Part shown: piece after piece, positions 63,655 through 64,000 of the stretch | Numbering within the stretch: position 1 is the first letter of the stretch | Layout: every line of letters starts with the position of its first letter | IMG/VR virus record: IMGVR_UViG_3300010429_000387 | Span: 288,001-352,000 of that record | Direction: 5' to 3' (one strand) | DNA: 64,000 nt | DNA from: a virus | Taxonomy: Duplodnaviria; Caudoviricetes | The notes under the pieces: generated by a model | Database searches by the model: none | What the model was told of the DNA's origin: nothing | The model's input: only the letters and a program-made list of their open reading frames with translations | Translations under genes and position numbers: made by a program

Positions 63655-64000
63655 ATGATTCAGACTCTTCATCGACCCGACGGGACACAGACCCAGGTCC
63701 ACCTTGGCGGGTGGAAGAAGCAGTACATCGACACCCGAGACGAACCCTACCGCTTGAAGTTGAACGGTAGCTTCCTCGGAGCCCTTCCCGGATCCGTTGA
63801 CCGGCGTCCGTTCTGCTCTCCGGTTGAGGACCAGGGGAACCTCGGGTCATGCACGGCCCAGATGTTTGCCTCCCTTATCGAGGCCAACGAGCTTCGCCAG
63901 AACACCAAGCTGGCTCAGATCGGTGGAATGTTCGGAGCTGCCACGGCAACCGTGTCCGTGTCGAATGTGGCGGTTGCCTCGGACGGGACCATCACCTTCA
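63655..64000 (+). CDS. Second papain-like C1A peptidase, 3' truncated (absent from ORF track)
   Basis: Manual translation: MIQTLHRPDG...LPGSVDRRPFCSPVEDQGNLGSCTAQMFA. Confidence 0.8.
   Translation, partial: MIQTLHRPDGTQTQVHLGGWKKQYIDTRDEPYRLKLNGSFLGALPGSVDRRPFCSPVEDQGNLGSCTAQMFASLIEANELRQNTKLAQIGGMFGAATATVSVSNVAVASDGTITF

Noticed and set aside
1-64000. Stop-codon reassignment
   Set aside because: Known enzymes are full length in the standard code, and TAA, TAG and TGA all end genes

Overview
This looks like a 64 kb accessory (non-structural) segment of a large, GC-rich (roughly 60% by eye) dsDNA bacteriophage. Genes are densely packed, overlap, and switch strand often. No integrase, rRNA, CRISPR array or intact virion module is visible. 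A myxobacterial-type host is a weak inference only. Recognisable genes: DHH phosphoesterase, Dam-type methylase, HNH and GIY-YIG/NUMOD3 nucleases, RlaP-like nucleotidyltransferase, HExxH metallopeptidase, two VWA proteins, four peptidoglycan enzymes, dNMP kinase, an NrtR-VWA-PurA-like-kinase-like operon, DUF262, SNF2 helicase, CoaD, two papain-like peptidases, a 2H phosphoesterase, an AAA+ ATPase, NADAR, a HAD protein and two atypical tRNA genes. Four patterns cut across the annotation. (1) About 18 unrelated proteins carry a short [TS]RF[DES]R[IV]L-acidic tag, mostly at the C-terminus; one hidden copy is put out of frame by a 23-bp tandem duplication. (2) Four tagged proteins appear to contain shuffled major-capsid-protein fragments; this rests on recalled family sequences and needs an HMM check. 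(3) Three fixed-spacing upstream DNA motifs point to largely leaderless transcription: GGTGTA-N9/10-start (also exactly 9 nt before a tRNA), TTGAAAG-N14/15-CGTTGTA-N5-start, and a weaker N13 class. (4) The PurA-like enzyme has lost the aspartate-binding loop and sits beside a kinase-fold protein lacking the catalytic Asp. All family assignments come from reading motifs; no database was searched.
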